A DNA stretch of 64,000 nucleotides from an uncultured Verrucomicrobia subdivision 3 bacterium (GTDB taxonomy: Bacteria > Verrucomicrobiota > Verrucomicrobiia > Limisphaerales > UBA11358): contig CAJAQO010000083.1 of assembly GCA_903944085.1 (NCBI GenBank), forward strand, positions 6,590-70,589. The letters run 5' to 3'. Both the position numbers and the translations under genes were made by a program. Position 1 is the first letter of the stretch; each line of letters opens with the position of its first letter. This document shows, piece by piece, positions 37,764 through 46,764 of this stretch. Below the pieces are notes generated by a model, which made no database searches, was not told the DNA's origin, and was given only the letters and a program-made list of their open reading frames with translations.

Positions 37764-39140
37764 GTGAATATTACGAATTTGAATCCAGCTATGGACATTG
37801 GCGCCAGTTCGTGGCTGGTGGACATGGAGGACCATCGCATTTTGCTCGACGCCGGGATGCATCCCAAGCTCGAAGGCCGCGATGCCCTGCCGCTGTTTGG
37901 CAAAGCCAGCGACGCGGAAGTGGACGCCATTGCGCTGTCGCATTGCCATCACGACCACGTCGGCGCGCTGCCGGTGGCCTGCGCGCGCTTTCCCAAGGCG
38001 CATGTGCTGATGACGGAGTTGAGCTATCTGATCATCGAGCGGGTGCTGCACAATTCGGTGAACGTGATGACGCGTCAGCGCGACGAGTTGGGCATCCGCG
38101 AATACCCGCTCTACACGCACGACGAGCTGGATGAAATCGCGCCGCAGTTTCAAGGCTTCAAATACAACCGTGAGGTGGAATGGGGCTCGTTCAAAAAAGC
38201 GCGCGCGGGCGTGCCGTCGCCGACGCTGGAATTTTTCGACGCCGGCCACACGCTCGGCTCGGCGGGGATTTTATTGCGCGGAAAAAAAGAGACGCTGTTT
38301 TTCACCGGCGACGTATGTTTCCACGACCAGACGATCCTGCGCAGCGCCCGGTTCGAGGATGTGAAGGCAGATGTGCTGATCATGGAAACGACGCGCGGCA
38401 ATCGCGAGGTGCCGAAGGATTTTACCCGCGACGACGAGGTGAACCGGCTGGTGGCAGCCATCCACGCGGCGCAGGAAAAAAAGGGCTGCGTGCTTCTCCC
38501 GTCGTTTGCGCTGGGCCGCACGCAGGAAATTCTGGCGCTGCTCGCGCTGCTGATGCGCGAGGGGAAATTGAAGAAGCAGCCGATTTACATCGGCGGGCTG
38601 GGCCGCGTGTTCACGGAGCTTTATGACATCGAGGCGCACCGCACGCACCGGCAGCACACGAATCTGAATTTGAACGAGGCGCTGCAATTGATCGTGCTGG
38701 AAAAAGGCGCGGCGGAAAACATGAAGTTGAGCGGCGGTAAAATTTTTGTCATCACCGCCGGCATGATGAGCGAGAATACCGCGGCACACGGCCTGGCGGC
38801 GCGGATGATCGGCGACGAGCGGCAGAGCATTTTCTTCGTCGGCTATGCCGACCCGGATTCGCCGGCCGGAAGATTGAAAGCCGCGAAAGCGGGTGAAACC
38901 TTTGTGTTCAGCCCGAGCGCGGGTCGCGTGACGAAAAATTGCGACATGCAGGAATTTGATCTGACAGCGCACGCGAACCGGGGCGACTTGCTGGAATTTG
39001 TCGGCCAAGTTTCGCCGCGCGCCATTTTGCTCGGCCACGGTGACGATGACGCCCGCGCGTGGTTCGAGGAGCAAATCCGCGCGCGCTGGCCCAAAATCAA
39101 AGTCTTCCAGCCGCAGCCGGGCAAAAAAGTTGAAGCGTGA
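37764..39140 (+). CDS. MBL-fold metallo-hydrolase, beta-CASP RNA-metabolising nuclease family
   Basis: GTG start. HCHHDHVGALP (HxHxDH), and 458 aa with a beta-CASP-length C-terminal half. Confidence 0.78.
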   Translation: MNITNLNPAMDIGASSWLVDMEDHRILLDAGMHPKLEGRDALPLFGKASDAEVDAIALSHCHHDHVGALPVACARFPKAHVLMTELSYLIIERVLHNSVNVMTRQRDELGIREYPLYTHDELDEIAPQFQGFKYNREVEWGSFKKARAGVPSPTLEFFDAGHTLGSAGILLRGKKETLFFTGDVCFHDQTILRSARFEDVKADVLIMETTRGNREVPKDFTRDDEVNRLVAAIHAAQEKKGCVLLPSFALGRTQEILALLALLMREGKLKKQPIYIGGLGRVFTELYDIEAHRTHRQHTNLNLNEALQLIVLEKGAAENMKLSGGKIFVITAGMMSENTAAHGLAARMIGDERQSIFFVGYADPDSPAGRLKAAKAGETFVFSPSAGRVTKNCDMQEFDLTAHANRGDLLEFVGQVSPRAILLGHGDDDARAWFEEQIRARWPKIKVFQPQPGKKVEA

Positions 39141-39186
39141 TCGGTGATTCGTTGAAAGGTCGAATTGCCAAATCGTTGAACCAGCA

Positions 39187-39332
39187 GACAGTGTCCTAAT
39201 CCTAATCCTAATCCTAATCGTCATCGTAATCGTCATCGTAATCGTAATCGTAATCGTAATCGTCATCGTAATCTTAATCCGCTTCAAACCACGATTACGA
39301 TTAAGAACAAGATTAAGATCAGGACAGCACCA
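39187..39332. repeat. Hexamer-array hairpin element, MITE-like (146 nt) between convergent genes
   Basis: 14 tandem hexamers (CCTAAT x4, then CGTAAT/CGTCAT/CTTAAT), a 14-nt spacer, and 5 inverted units (GATTAC GATTAA GAACAA GATTAA GATCAG). Terminal TGTCCTRATC inverted repeats. Flanked by identical AACCAGCA at 39179-39186 and 39333-39340. Confidence 0.85.
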
Positions 39333-39380
39333 ACCAGCAATTCAATTCAACGATTCAACGGGTTAACCCGGCCACGAATT

Positions 39381-40592
39381 TCAGTGGCCGCCGCTGACGA
39401 CATTGGCCAGGTTGAAGATCGGCAGGAACATGCAGATCACCATGCCGCCGATGACAACGCCGAGAAACACGATCAGCAGCGGTTCGATGAGGGACATGAG
39501 GCCGGAGAGCACCGTTTCGATTTCCTCGTCCAGAAAGTCAGCCACGCGTTCAAGCATGTTGTCAATGTTGCCGGTCTGTTCGCCGGCGCTCAACATGCGG
39601 ATGATCATGGTGGGGAACACCGGATGTTTGGCGAGCGCGGAGGAAATGCCCTCGCCGCGCTCGATGTCGAGCGCGGACGCTTTGATGGCTTTTTCCATGA
39701 CGGTGTTGCCGACCGTCTGCGAGACGATCTGGAGCACTTCCAAAATCGGGACACCGCTGCGCACCAGCGAGGCCAGCGTGCGCGTGAACCGCGCAAGGCA
39801 GATTTTGTGCGCGATGGATCCAAAAACGGGCAGCTTGATGCGCTGGGCGTCCCAAAAATCACGCCCCTGTTTGGTCTTGATGAACGACAGCCAGCCCCAG
39901 ACGCCGGCACCCGCCAGGACAATCAAATAAATCAGGTCATGCTGGACAATTTCACTGATACCGATCATGAACTCGGTCGGGGCCGGCAGCTTGGCCCCAA
40001 AGCCGGAATAAACTTCCTTGAACGTCGGGATCACGCGCACCAGCAGGAAAATGGTGATGACAATCGCCACGACTGTCACGACGGTTGGATACATGAGCGC
40101 GGTCTTAACTTTCTTGCGCAGCCGCTCGGTGTTTTCCAAATAAGTGGCGAGGCGCGCGAGAATTTCCGCGAGCAGGCCGCCTTTTTCGCCGGCACCCACC
40201 ATGGAAACATACAACCGGTTGAACGCCTTCGGATGCCGCATCAGCGCTTCGGAAAAACTTTCGCCCGCCTCCACCCGCGAACAGATGTCCTTGATCGTGT
40301 CGCGCATGACCTTGTTGGTGGTCTGCTCGGCCAGCGCCTGGAGCGACTGCACAATCGCGATGCCCGCGTCAATCATCGTGGCCAGTTGCCGCGTGAACAC
40401 CACCAGGTCGGCGAGCTGCACCCGGCCGCCTTTGGTCTGGCCGCGCTTGGCCATCTTCTCCTTGATCTCGACCACCAGCAAGTTGCGGTTGAGCAGCGCT
40501 GCGATGGCCGCCTGCTCCGAGAGCGCTTCGACGGTGTTGCGGATTTCGCGGCCCGAAGCAGTTTCGCGGGCGGTGTAGGCAAATATAGGCAT
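39381..40592 (-). CDS. Type II secretion / type IV pilus platform protein (GspF/PilC family)
   Basis: Trimmed to MPIFAYTARETASGREI... Two GspF repeats (FTRQLATMIDAGI..., FTRTLASLVRSGVPI...) and three TM segments. Confidence 0.9.
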   Translation of the reverse strand: MPIFAYTARETASGREIRNTVEALSEQAAIAALLNRNLLVVEIKEKMAKRGQTKGGRVQLADLVVFTRQLATMIDAGIAIVQSLQALAEQTTNKVMRDTIKDICSRVEAGESFSEALMRHPKAFNRLYVSMVGAGEKGGLLAEILARLATYLENTERLRKKVKTALMYPTVVTVVAIVITIFLLVRVIPTFKEVYSGFGAKLPAPTEFMIGISEIVQHDLIYLIVLAGAGVWGWLSFIKTKQGRDFWDAQRIKLPVFGSIAHKICLARFTRTLASLVRSGVPILEVLQIVSQTVGNTVMEKAIKASALDIERGEGISSALAKHPVFPTMIIRMLSAGEQTGNIDNMLERVADFLDEEIETVLSGLMSLIEPLLIVFLGVVIGGMVICMFLPIFNLANVVSGGH

Positions 40593-40959
40593 GGCTGTTC
40601 TGGTGAATAATTCATGGCGTGCGAATTGCAAGAGCAATTCATTGCGCCGCGAAATAAACAAGCACGATTTGTTCCAGCGGCATCGCGCGGCGTCCGATTT
40701 ATTCCGCCCAAAATTTCAGATTTTGCCCCGTTTTTACCGGTCAGAAAATGGGCGGCGCGGGCATTTATTTGCTGGCGTTCTGGCAAACGACTTGACGGCA
40801 ACAGCTTGGCCAACCGTATTTGCAAAAAAAAAAGATTGTCATTTGCCCCGCTTTTCCTTAATTTTGACACCAATGGCACCTTGTGGTGCTAGGAGCGAAC
40901 CGGTTTCGTTCCACTTATCACAGGTAAAAAACAAACATACAAACTAACTGGAGGAACAG

Positions 40960-42108
40960 ATGAAGTTTAATAAATGGACATTGGGTCTCGCCGCCGTCGG
41001 AGTTGTCAGCATGGCATCCGCCGTCCGCGCAGACGAAACGAAATTGAGCGCGCTTAACACCGCCGTCTCGAGCACCGTCATCAGCGGCTACGTTGATGTC
41101 GCGGCGCAATACAACGCGGGATCACCGTCGCCAAGAGAGAGCGCCTACGCTGCTTACCAGCCGACGACTGGCTACAATGGCGCTGCTGTTAATAATGGCA
41201 AGGTTGACAACTTTAGTCTCAACGATGTGGTTATCAGCTTGGACAAGGCGCTGGACGAAAGTCCGTGGGCTTCCGGCTACCATGTGGATTTGAATTGGGG
41301 TGCTGACGCAATCTCGCCGGCTAATGGCACGCCTGTTCGTCAGGCTTATGTCACCCTCCGCACTCCGGTGGGCAATGGGATTGACTGGAAAGTTGGCGGT
41401 TTTGATGGTGTGACAGGCTATGAAGGCAACACCGCATATTCCAATCCGAACTACACCCGTTCCTACGGCTATGAAGTGAATCCCGCCTCGGAACTCGGCA
41501 TGATTGGCTCTTACAAGATTGTTGATGGAGTGTCCGTGCAGGCAGGTCTTGGCAATCGTTATAGTGGTAACAGCGTGGGTCTTAGCTCCAAAGACTTTAT
41601 CTTCGCTGCGGCTTTGACCGCGCCGGATAGCTGGGGCTGGATCAAAGGCTCCACGCTCAATGCGGGCACCGTCCAAACCTTTGACAATGGCGGCATTAAC
41701 AACTACAGCGTCAGCGCCACCATTGCGACGCCAGTTACCGGTTTGAAATTCGGTGCTGCCTATGACATTGTTCAGTCTTTGCAATCTTCCAAAGATGGCA
41801 ATATCTTCGGTGTTTATGGAACTTATCAAGCAACGGATAAATTGGCCTTCAATGTCCGTGGTGAATATGTTGATACCACTGATTTGCCCTTGATCAACGG
41901 CTATAACCAATTTGGTTTTACTAACCACAAAGGCGAGGAAGTCACCGCCACGGTTGAGTATGACCTCTGGGCCAATGTCGTGAGCCGTGTGGAATTCCGC
42001 TGGGATCACACCGAACACGGAGTCGCATTTAATAATGGAGGCTTTAGTGAAACGCCCAGCAACGAAAACGCGTTCCTGCTCGCGCTCAACTTGGTTTACA
42101 AGTTCTAA
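40960..42108 (+). CDS. Putative outer-membrane porin-like beta-barrel protein
   Basis: Strong RBS (GGAGG). Signal peptide MKFNKWTLGLAAVGVVSMASAVRA, G/N/Y/T-rich alternating strands and a terminal YKF. Confidence 0.5.
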   Translation: MKFNKWTLGLAAVGVVSMASAVRADETKLSALNTAVSSTVISGYVDVAAQYNAGSPSPRESAYAAYQPTTGYNGAAVNNGKVDNFSLNDVVISLDKALDESPWASGYHVDLNWGADAISPANGTPVRQAYVTLRTPVGNGIDWKVGGFDGVTGYEGNTAYSNPNYTRSYGYEVNPASELGMIGSYKIVDGVSVQAGLGNRYSGNSVGLSSKDFIFAAALTAPDSWGWIKGSTLNAGTVQTFDNGGINNYSVSATIATPVTGLKFGAAYDIVQSLQSSKDGNIFGVYGTYQATDKLAFNVRGEYVDTTDLPLINGYNQFGFTNHKGEEVTATVEYDLWANVVSRVEFRWDHTEHGVAFNNGGFSETPSNENAFLLALNLVYKF

Positions 42109-42127
42109 TTTGATTTAGAATCCTTGT

Positions 42128-42157
42128 CCCCTGCCGGGCAACCGGCAGGGGCTTTTT
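42128..42157 (+). terminator. Rho-independent terminator
   Basis: 10-bp stem CCCCTGCCGG/CCGGCAGGGG, a 4-nt loop, then a T-run. Lies 20 nt after the porin-like gene stop. Confidence 0.75.
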
Positions 42158-42196
42158 GTTTTCATAATTAAAATTATCCGGCATAATCGTCCCCCG

Positions 42197-43084
42197 ATGA
42201 AATTCATCCGCGACATTTACGCCGAAAAAAAAGCCGCCGGCCAGCCCGTCGTCTCCTTTGAATTTTTTCCGCCCAAGACCGACGAGGGCGACCGCGCGCT
42301 GTTCGAGAAACAGATTCCCGCGCTGCTCGCGGCGCGGCCGGACTTTTGCTCTGTCACCTACGGTGCCGGCGGCAGCACCCGCGAAAAGACGCTGCAGATC
42401 GTGGACCGCGTCCAGCGCGAACATGGCCTGCCCGCGCTCGCGCATCTCACCTGCGTCAACCACACGCGCGAAGAGGTGCGCGCGCTGCTGGAAAAAATCC
42501 GCGCGCTGAACTGCAAAAATATTCTTGCGCTGCGCGGCGACCCGCCCGGCGGCGGCGAATTCCAGCCCACGCCCGGCGGCTTTGAATTTTCCTCGGAGCT
42601 GGTGCGGTTCATCCGCGAGCAGGGAAATTTTTCCACCGGCGTCGCCGGTTTCCCCGAGGGTCATATTGCGTGCAAAGCCGGCAAGCACGCCGACTGGCAA
42701 CACCTGAAGGAAAAAGTCGAGGCCGGCGCAGATTTCGTGGTCACGCAATTATTTTTCGACAACGCGGATTATTTTGAATTCCGCGATCATGTGGCCGGCA
42801 AACTCGGCGTGCAGGTGCCGCTGGTGCCCGGCGTCGTTTCCATTTTAAGCGCGACGCAAATCACGAAGTTCACGCAGATGTGCGGCGCAAAAATTCCGCC
42901 GGCGTTGCGGTCCAAATTGGATGCGCTCGGCACGGATGACGAGGCGGCCATGAAGTTCGGCATCGAATATGCCACGCGCCAGTGCGAGGAATTGCTGCGC
43001 GCCGGCGCACCCGGCCTGCATTTCTACACGCTCAACAAGGCGCCCGCCACGGTGCAGGTCTTGAAAAATCTGGGGTTGGCCTGA
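42197..43084 (+). CDS. metF: 5,10-methylenetetrahydrofolate reductase
   Basis: 295 aa. VSFEFFPPKT, CSVTYGAGGSTR, NILALRGDPP and FVVTQLFFD are canonical MetF blocks. Confidence 0.92.
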   Translation: MKFIRDIYAEKKAAGQPVVSFEFFPPKTDEGDRALFEKQIPALLAARPDFCSVTYGAGGSTREKTLQIVDRVQREHGLPALAHLTCVNHTREEVRALLEKIRALNCKNILALRGDPPGGGEFQPTPGGFEFSSELVRFIREQGNFSTGVAGFPEGHIACKAGKHADWQHLKEKVEAGADFVVTQLFFDNADYFEFRDHVAGKLGVQVPLVPGVVSILSATQITKFTQMCGAKIPPALRSKLDALGTDDEAAMKFGIEYATRQCEELLRAGAPGLHFYTLNKAPATVQVLKNLGLA

Positions 43085-43121
43085 ACGCAGGCGGAGCGCG
43101 TCTGCCGCTAGGTAAAATCGT

Positions 43122-44342
43122 TCACACCCCGTCAATCCACTGGCGGTCTTCCCAAACGGCCTTGAGCGAAGTCAGATTGCGGGCATCGAAAATATTTTTC
43201 GCCGCCGCCAGAATTTTGCCCTGTTTCAAATTATGAAACGCGTCGCTGGCGCTGATGGCGACAAATTGCAGCACGCTCGGATCGCGGTAACAGTCAATCA
43301 TGCAGCGCGTGCAGCCGTCGCGGATGAGCTTGGAGTCGTCCCAATCCCAGACCTTGCACATCGGCGTTTCCCAGAAATGGCAGCGATACAAATCCAGGTT
43401 CCAGTCGAGGTAAAAATACTTGTGCCCGCCGAGGCAGTCGAATTTTTCCTTCTCGCCGCGCAGGTGCCGCTGCATTTCGTCGAGCGACTCGCGCGGGTTC
43501 ACGACCGGAAAGCCGCTGTTCTTTTTCATCTGCTTGATTTTTTCAAACAGTTGAATCAGTTCGTCCTTGGAAAAATTCACCAGCCCGCTGTCGCTGAAAC
43601 TCAAATAGCTGCTCGCCAGCGACGTCAGCGGATAACTGAACGTGCAGCTTTTGAAGCCGAGCGTTTCCAAAAAAGGCGGCAGCTTTTCATAATCGTCAAT
43701 CAGCCGGCTCGCCGTGATGCTGGCGGTGGTCTGAATGCCGGCGCCGTGGAAAAATTCGTTCGCGCGTTTGATTTTTTTGCAGACATCCGGCAGGCCGCGG
43801 TTTGTCTCGTGCTTGCCGATGTCGTGCGCGTCAATGGACATGATGACGCTGCTCAAGCCATCGTTCGCGAGACCGCGCATGTTATCTTCGGTCCACAAAC
43901 CGCCGTTGGTGCAGATCATCGGATGAATGCCGCGCTCGGCGGCGTAGCGCGTCATGGCGCGCAGATCGCGATGCACCATCGGCTCGCCGCCCACAAAAAG
44001 CAGGTAGCCGATGTGATTTTTCAAAGCGATTTCCACCACGCGCTTGGCCTCGTCAAGCGTGACGCTTTGCCGCGCCTTGGGATCAAACTTCGAACGCGCG
44101 AAGCCGCAGAAATCGCAGTCGGCATTGCAGAGATTTGTGATGGCGAATTGCAGATAGCCTGGGCCACCGTAATGCAGGACTTCTTTGAAAAGTGCGAACG
44201 TGCTCTTTTGGGGACGAGCCGCCGGTGCCGGAAAACCAGCGGTGGCGGAGCCTTGACGCGTCGGTGCATCCGGATTGGTTGTGGCAGTCATTTTGGTGGT
44301 CACCAGCCAAGGCATTTTGGCTGCAAGAAATGTCGCGGACAA
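43122..44342 (-). CDS. Radical SAM protein with Cys-rich C-terminal (SPASM/twitch-like) region
   Basis: CNADCDFCGF (CxxxCxxC), and C-terminal cysteines CLGG...CHFWETPMC...CTRCMIDC. The N-terminal 50 aa are low complexity, so the start is uncertain. Confidence 0.78.
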   Translation of the reverse strand: MSATFLAAKMPWLVTTKMTATTNPDAPTRQGSATAGFPAPAARPQKSTFALFKEVLHYGGPGYLQFAITNLCNADCDFCGFARSKFDPKARQSVTLDEAKRVVEIALKNHIGYLLFVGGEPMVHRDLRAMTRYAAERGIHPMICTNGGLWTEDNMRGLANDGLSSVIMSIDAHDIGKHETNRGLPDVCKKIKRANEFFHGAGIQTTASITASRLIDDYEKLPPFLETLGFKSCTFSYPLTSLASSYLSFSDSGLVNFSKDELIQLFEKIKQMKKNSGFPVVNPRESLDEMQRHLRGEKEKFDCLGGHKYFYLDWNLDLYRCHFWETPMCKVWDWDDSKLIRDGCTRCMIDCYRDPSVLQFVAISASDAFHNLKQGKILAAAKNIFDARNLTSLKAVWEDRQWIDGV

Positions 44343-44422
44343 CTTCTTTTGGCCACAAAACCAGCGCGGTCGTGATTTTCGCTTTGCGCCAGCGCCGTGA
44401 AAAGATTAAAGTCAGGCAGAAT

Positions 44423-44496
44423 TGTCCGATGGTGTAATGGTAACACAGCGCCCTTTGGAGGCGTTATTCATGGTTCGAATCCATGTCGGACAGCCA
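44423..44496 (+). tRNA. tRNA-Gln (anticodon UUG), CCA encoded
   Basis: Hand-folded cloverleaf. Acceptor TGTCCGA/TCGGACA (U1-A72), anticodon stem GCGCC/GGCGT with loop CTTTGGA, T-arm CATGG-TTCGAAT-CCATG, discriminator G, then CCA. Confidence 0.88.
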
Positions 44497-44746
44497 AAAT
44501 TGAAAGCGCAATTATCCTCAATCAGGACAATCGTTTTCTGTGATTTTCAATTCCCAGAACAGCCATTCGCAGCATTCCGTCAAACCTCTCGGCAGTGAAT
44601 TTTCCAGATGCTTTTACTGACATTTTTTATGAGTGCCGACATTGGAGTTGTTCCCGCCGCATAAAAAGCAGACTGAATTGAGCCGCTTTAAATTATTTAG
44701 TTTAGAAACCCGTCAAACAATTTTCGCAGAAAATTCTTCGCGACAT

Positions 44747-44776
44747 AAAAAACGCCCCGCTATTGCTCGCGGGGCG
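44747..44776 (-). terminator. Rho-independent terminator downstream of the RNase E/G gene
   Basis: 8-bp stem CGCCCCGC/GCGGGGCG with an 8-nt loop. The A6 run on the plus strand reads as a U-tract on the minus strand. About 20 nt after the stop at 44798. Confidence 0.75.
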
Positions 44777-44797
44777 TTTGTTGTTTGAGGCTTTATT

Positions 44798-46762
44798 TCA
44801 CGCGCCGACGCTGGCGAGTTCTTCGTTCGTTTCCACGTTCACAATCTTGAACTGTTCGGCGTGCATGCCGGTGTCCGCCCGGAACGACAGCTTGCCGAAG
44901 TAACGTTTCTCCATCTCGATGAGATGCTTCTCATCCTCCGTCCGCAGCCGGTCCAGCACCGTGGGATGCACGACGATGCGCAACTGGAAGTCGTTCTCGT
45001 CGCGCGTGCGCTTCTTGAGGATTTCCTGGAGCTTGCGCTGGATCTCCACGCTCATGGTGGTGGTGCTCTTCACCTTGCCGCGACCTTTGCAATACGGGCA
45101 GTCGTCATAGACGGCGGCGCGCACGCTCTCGCTGTGGCGCTGGCGGGTCATCTCCATCAGCCCAAGCTGCGAGATCGGCAGGATGTGGGTCTTGGCCTTG
45201 TCGCGGCGCAGGCCGTCGCGCATGCGGTTGTGGACTTGCTGGCGGTCGCGCCCGGATTTCATATCAATGAAGTCGAGCACGATGAGCCCGCCCATGTTGC
45301 GCAGGCGGAGCTGCCGGGTGATTTCCTCGGCGGCTTCGAGATTCACTTTCAGAATGAGCGCTTCCTGATCCTTGCCGCCCTTGTGCCGGCCGGTGTTCAC
45401 GTCAATGGCCACGAGCGCCTCGGTTTCATCAATGACGATGCAGCCGCCGCTCTTGAGATTCACCTGGCGGGAGAACGTGTTTTCCAGTTGCTTGCTGATG
45501 CCGAAGCGGTCGAACACGGGCTGCGCCTCGGTGTATAATTTAATTTTGCTGGCGGAGCGCTTGGAGATCTTGGAGATCATGTCGCGCATCCGGTCGTGAG
45601 CTTTCAGGTTGTCCACCACGATGCGCTCGACGTCCTCGGTGAGAAAATCGCGCACAGTGCGTTCGATCAAGTCCGGCTCCTGGAACACGCAGGTGGCCAT
45701 TGGCTGCTTCTTGATTTTTTCCTGCACGCCGTTCCATTCTTCCAGCAACAACGCGAGGTCGCGGACGAAGTAACGCAACTGCTGGCCTTCGCCGGCGGTG
45801 CGCATGATCACGCCCATGCCGTCGGGAATGTGCAATTCGCGCAGGATGTGCTTGAGGCGCTTGCGCTCTTCGATGTTTTCAATCTTGCGGGAAATGCCGC
45901 TTTGATCCGAATTCGGCAGCAGCACGAGGAAACGTCCCGGCAGCACGAGGTTGGTCGTGACGCGCGGGCCTTTGGTGCCGATCGGGCCTTTGGTGACTTG
46001 CACGATGATATCCGCGCCGGGCGAATAGAGACGCGGAATATCTTTCTGCGTGATCTTGGGGCGCGACGGCCGGCGGCCCTGGTTTTCGCGCTCGACAATT
46101 TCCACGCCGGAATCGAACTGGTTGGGCACGATGTCCCAATAATGTAGGAACGCATTTTTCTCGAAGCCGATGTCCACGAACGCAGCTTTCAAACCATCTT
46201 CCAAATTGCGCACCTTGCCTTTGAAGATGCTGCCGACGAGGCGTTCCTCGGTCGTGCGCTCAATGTTGAATTCCTCCAGCTTGCCGTCTTCGGTGACCGC
46301 GACGCGTGTTTCCAGCGTCTCGGCGTTGATGATGACTTCCTTGTGAATTTTCTTTTCCGGGCGGATGAGCCGCTGGACCTTTTTGACAAGGTTGGTGGCG
46401 GCAGTGGTGATGGTCTCGATCAAACCTTTCGGCTGCTCGGGAATTTTCACCGGCACGAATTTTTCCTCCGGTTCCGGCGCGGCGGCGGCGGGCGCCTCGT
46501 GCGTGTGCGCGTGCGGCACGTTTTCAGCGACGGGCGTTTCGGGCTTGCCTTCCGGCGGCAGGCCGGCGGCGATGTTTTCCGCGCGTTCGATTTCGTTCAA
46601 ATGACGTTTCTCGAACAGGCGGTCGGAGCCGCCTTGTTCGCTGACCACGTCGGCGCGGGCCTCGACGGCCTCGCGATCGGTCTTTTGGTGAGCGGGGTTC
46701 AAGCCACCTTTGGGCTTGAAGCGCATTCCGCGACGGCGTCGCGAGAAGTTATTGCTGCTCAT
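44798..46762 (-). CDS. Ribonuclease E/G family endoribonuclease with a roughly 150-aa N-terminal extension
   Basis: S1 domain (GSIFKGKVRNLEDGLKAAFVDIG), the catalytic core (GGCIVIDETEALVAIDVNTG, GGLIVLDFIDM) and the Zn-link CPYCKGRG. The start is 2 nt from the rodA stop. Confidence 0.9.
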   Translation of the reverse strand: MSSNNFSRRRRGMRFKPKGGLNPAHQKTDREAVEARADVVSEQGGSDRLFEKRHLNEIERAENIAAGLPPEGKPETPVAENVPHAHTHEAPAAAAPEPEEKFVPVKIPEQPKGLIETITTAATNLVKKVQRLIRPEKKIHKEVIINAETLETRVAVTEDGKLEEFNIERTTEERLVGSIFKGKVRNLEDGLKAAFVDIGFEKNAFLHYWDIVPNQFDSGVEIVERENQGRRPSRPKITQKDIPRLYSPGADIIVQVTKGPIGTKGPRVTTNLVLPGRFLVLLPNSDQSGISRKIENIEERKRLKHILRELHIPDGMGVIMRTAGEGQQLRYFVRDLALLLEEWNGVQEKIKKQPMATCVFQEPDLIERTVRDFLTEDVERIVVDNLKAHDRMRDMISKISKRSASKIKLYTEAQPVFDRFGISKQLENTFSRQVNLKSGGCIVIDETEALVAIDVNTGRHKGGKDQEALILKVNLEAAEEITRQLRLRNMGGLIVLDFIDMKSGRDRQQVHNRMRDGLRRDKAKTHILPISQLGLMEMTRQRHSESVRAAVYDDCPYCKGRGKVKSTTTMSVEIQRKLQEILKKRTRDENDFQLRIVVHPTVLDRLRTEDEKHLIEMEKRYFGKLSFRADTGMHAEQFKIVNVETNEELASVGA

Positions 46763-46764
46763 AA

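Noticed and set aside
38271-39287. 338-aa minus-strand ORF beginning MKRIKITMTITITITITMTITMTIRIRIRIRTL.
   Set aside because: Its N-terminus is just the translation of the hexamer array at 39195-39278. The remainder is antisense to the well-supported beta-CASP nuclease gene.
40874-40890. Sigma-54-like promoter TGGCAC-CTTGTGG-TGCT upstream of the porin-like gene.
   Set aside because: The GG-to-GC spacing is one nucleotide longer than the strict -24/-12 spacing, and the -12 element reads GTGC rather than TTGC. No enhancer-binding protein gene is nearby, so the match is not strong enough to call.
42164-42177. ATAATT-AA-AATTAT mini-palindrome upstream of metF as a regulator site.
   Set aside because: It is only 6-bp arms of pure A/T located between a terminator and the metF start. 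It is equally well explained as a -10-like AT-rich promoter segment, so there is no support for a specific operator.
44423-44797. Integrated prophage or genomic island at tRNA-Gln.
   Set aside because: No integrase, no phage genes and no direct repeat of the tRNA 3' end lie within the downstream 300 nt. Housekeeping genes (RNase E/G, rodA, mrdA, mreBCD) follow immediately.
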